In this document: positions 63,172-64,000 of the stretch, piece after piece
Numbering within the stretch: the stretch's first letter is position 1
Layout of the letters: the number at the start of each line of letters is the position of its first letter
Assembly: GCA_017654855.1 (NCBI GenBank)
Contig: CM030333.1
Span: forward strand, 4,588,001-4,652,000
DNA: 64,000 bases
DNA from: Podospora anserina
Taxonomy: Eukaryota
Direction: 5' to 3'
The notes under the pieces: model-generated
What the model was told of the DNA's origin: nothing
What the model saw: only the letters and a program-made list of their open reading frames with translations
Database searches by the model: none
Made by a program: the position numbers and the translations under genes

Positions 63172-63210
63172 CCAATCAGACGCGTCTGGTGGGCTGACCT
63201 TCGCGCGTCA
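63172..63210 (+). promoter_or_regulatory. CCAAT box plus MCB-like ACGCGT (63180) and CGCGCGT upstream of the NASP-like gene
   Basis: accaatcagacgcgtc...ttcgcgcgtca, about 230 nt upstream of the ATG at 63415. Confidence 0.4.
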
Positions 63211-63414
63211 CAAGCTTCGCATCACATCGCAGGTGCTGCGCAGCTCTCACAGCTCTCACAGCTCTGTCCCTTGACACCGACATATCCAACCTGTCATTTA
63301 ATCGCAACCAACCCCGCTAGTTCTTTCACACTTCCACCCATCAATTGAACCAATTCTACCACTTCATCTCAAATTTACCACTTGAAAATCGTTAAATCAC
63401 CCGAATCACCAATA

Positions 63415-64000
63415 ATGGCGACTCCCACAGCCGCCTCAACAGGCACTGCGACTCCCCTCGAGCTCGACCCTGAGCAAGCCCAGCAGAGCCTCAAAATCTC
63501 CCTCGCCGACCTCGCCGCCAAAGCCGCCGCCCTCTTCGCCCAGAAGAAATACGAAGATGCCGCCGAGCAGTACGCCCGCGCAGCCGAGATGCAAGCCGAG
63601 ATGAACGGCGAGATGAGCCCCGAGAACGCAGAGATCCTCTACCTCTACGGGCGCACCCTCTTCAAAGTCGGCCAGAGCAAGTCGGACGTTTTGGGCGGCA
63701 GCGCGCCACAGGCTAAGAACCAGGCCAAGCCCAAAGCTCCCAAGAAGAAGACCGCTGCTGCCAATGGCGCTAAGAACGGCGAGGGCAGCTCCTCTTCTGC
63801 CGCCGCGAAAGCTGGGGAAAAGGTAGAGAAGGTGGTTGCTGAGGCTGCTGGGAAGGAGGCGGAGAAGGAGTCGGGTGCTGAGATCAAGAAGCCCATGTTT
63901 CACTTTGAGGGAGACGAGAATTTTGTTGATTCTGATGAGGAAGAGGAGGAGGGAGAGGAAGGAGAGGGTGAGGAGGAAGAGGAGGATGACGATCTTGCGA
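63415..64000 (+). CDS. sim3: NASP/Sim3/Hif1-like histone chaperone (SHNi-TPR), 5' part, truncated by the window end
   Basis: Open frame from the ATG at 63415: AAALFAQKKYEDAAEQYARAAEMQAEMNGEMSPENAEILYLYGRTLFKVGQSKSDVLGG...FHFEGDENF, then an acidic tract. This fits a TPR interrupted by an acidic insert. Confidence 0.85.
   Translation, partial: MATPTAASTGTATPLELDPEQAQQSLKISLADLAAKAAALFAQKKYEDAAEQYARAAEMQAEMNGEMSPENAEILYLYGRTLFKVGQSKSDVLGGSAPQAKNQAKPKAPKKKTAAANGAKNGEGSSSSAAAKAGEKVEKVVAEAAGKEAEKESGAEIKKPMFHFEGDENFVDSDEEEEEGEEGEGEEEEEDDDLA

Noticed and set aside
1..64000. Secondary-metabolite cluster, NLR/het or meiotic-drive locus, CRISPR array, intact transposon, or premature-stop (A-to-I-corrected) gene
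   Set aside because: No PKS/NRPS, NACHT/HET, transposase/RT or spacer-repeat signatures were seen. All conserved genes assemble without internal stops, and neighbouring genes are functionally unrelated.

Overview
Eukaryotic, intron-containing DNA from a filamentous ascomycete: short GT-AG introns with CTRAC branch sites and Pezizomycotina-type proteins. The composition suggests Sordariales, Podospora-like (inference). It is a gene-dense, mostly housekeeping region. In order: Aco2-type aconitase (-), intron-containing tRNA-Leu(CAG) (-), Btz/CASC3-domain protein (+), UPF0052/CofD-like protein (+), NBR1 autophagy receptor (+), Nop13-like RRM protein (-), Sts1/Cut8 (+), Rad52 (+), a ~1810-aa uncharacterised protein (-), Arp1/centractin (+), a GRGGAGN-repeat DUF3602/Par32-like protein (-), an orphan ORF (+), class I chitin synthase (-), Sly1 (-), a ~1650-aa protein with PNUTS/Ppn1-like architecture (+), a 12-exon PPC decarboxylase largely invisible in the ORF track (-), and the 5' part of a NASP/Sim3 histone chaperone (+). 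I built the exon structures by hand, and each joins into an open frame. The most notable items are the 11-intron/micro-exon PPCDC gene, the PNUTS-like protein, an H/ACA-like structure in a long intron, and a recurrent mid-gene C-rich to G-rich switch. There are also small decayed relics: a 21-nt heptad repeat, an AT-rich island, and a possible Cys-rich pseudogene beside the tRNA. I found no CRISPR, rRNA or intact transposon, and no multi-gene novel system can be claimed from the sequence alone.
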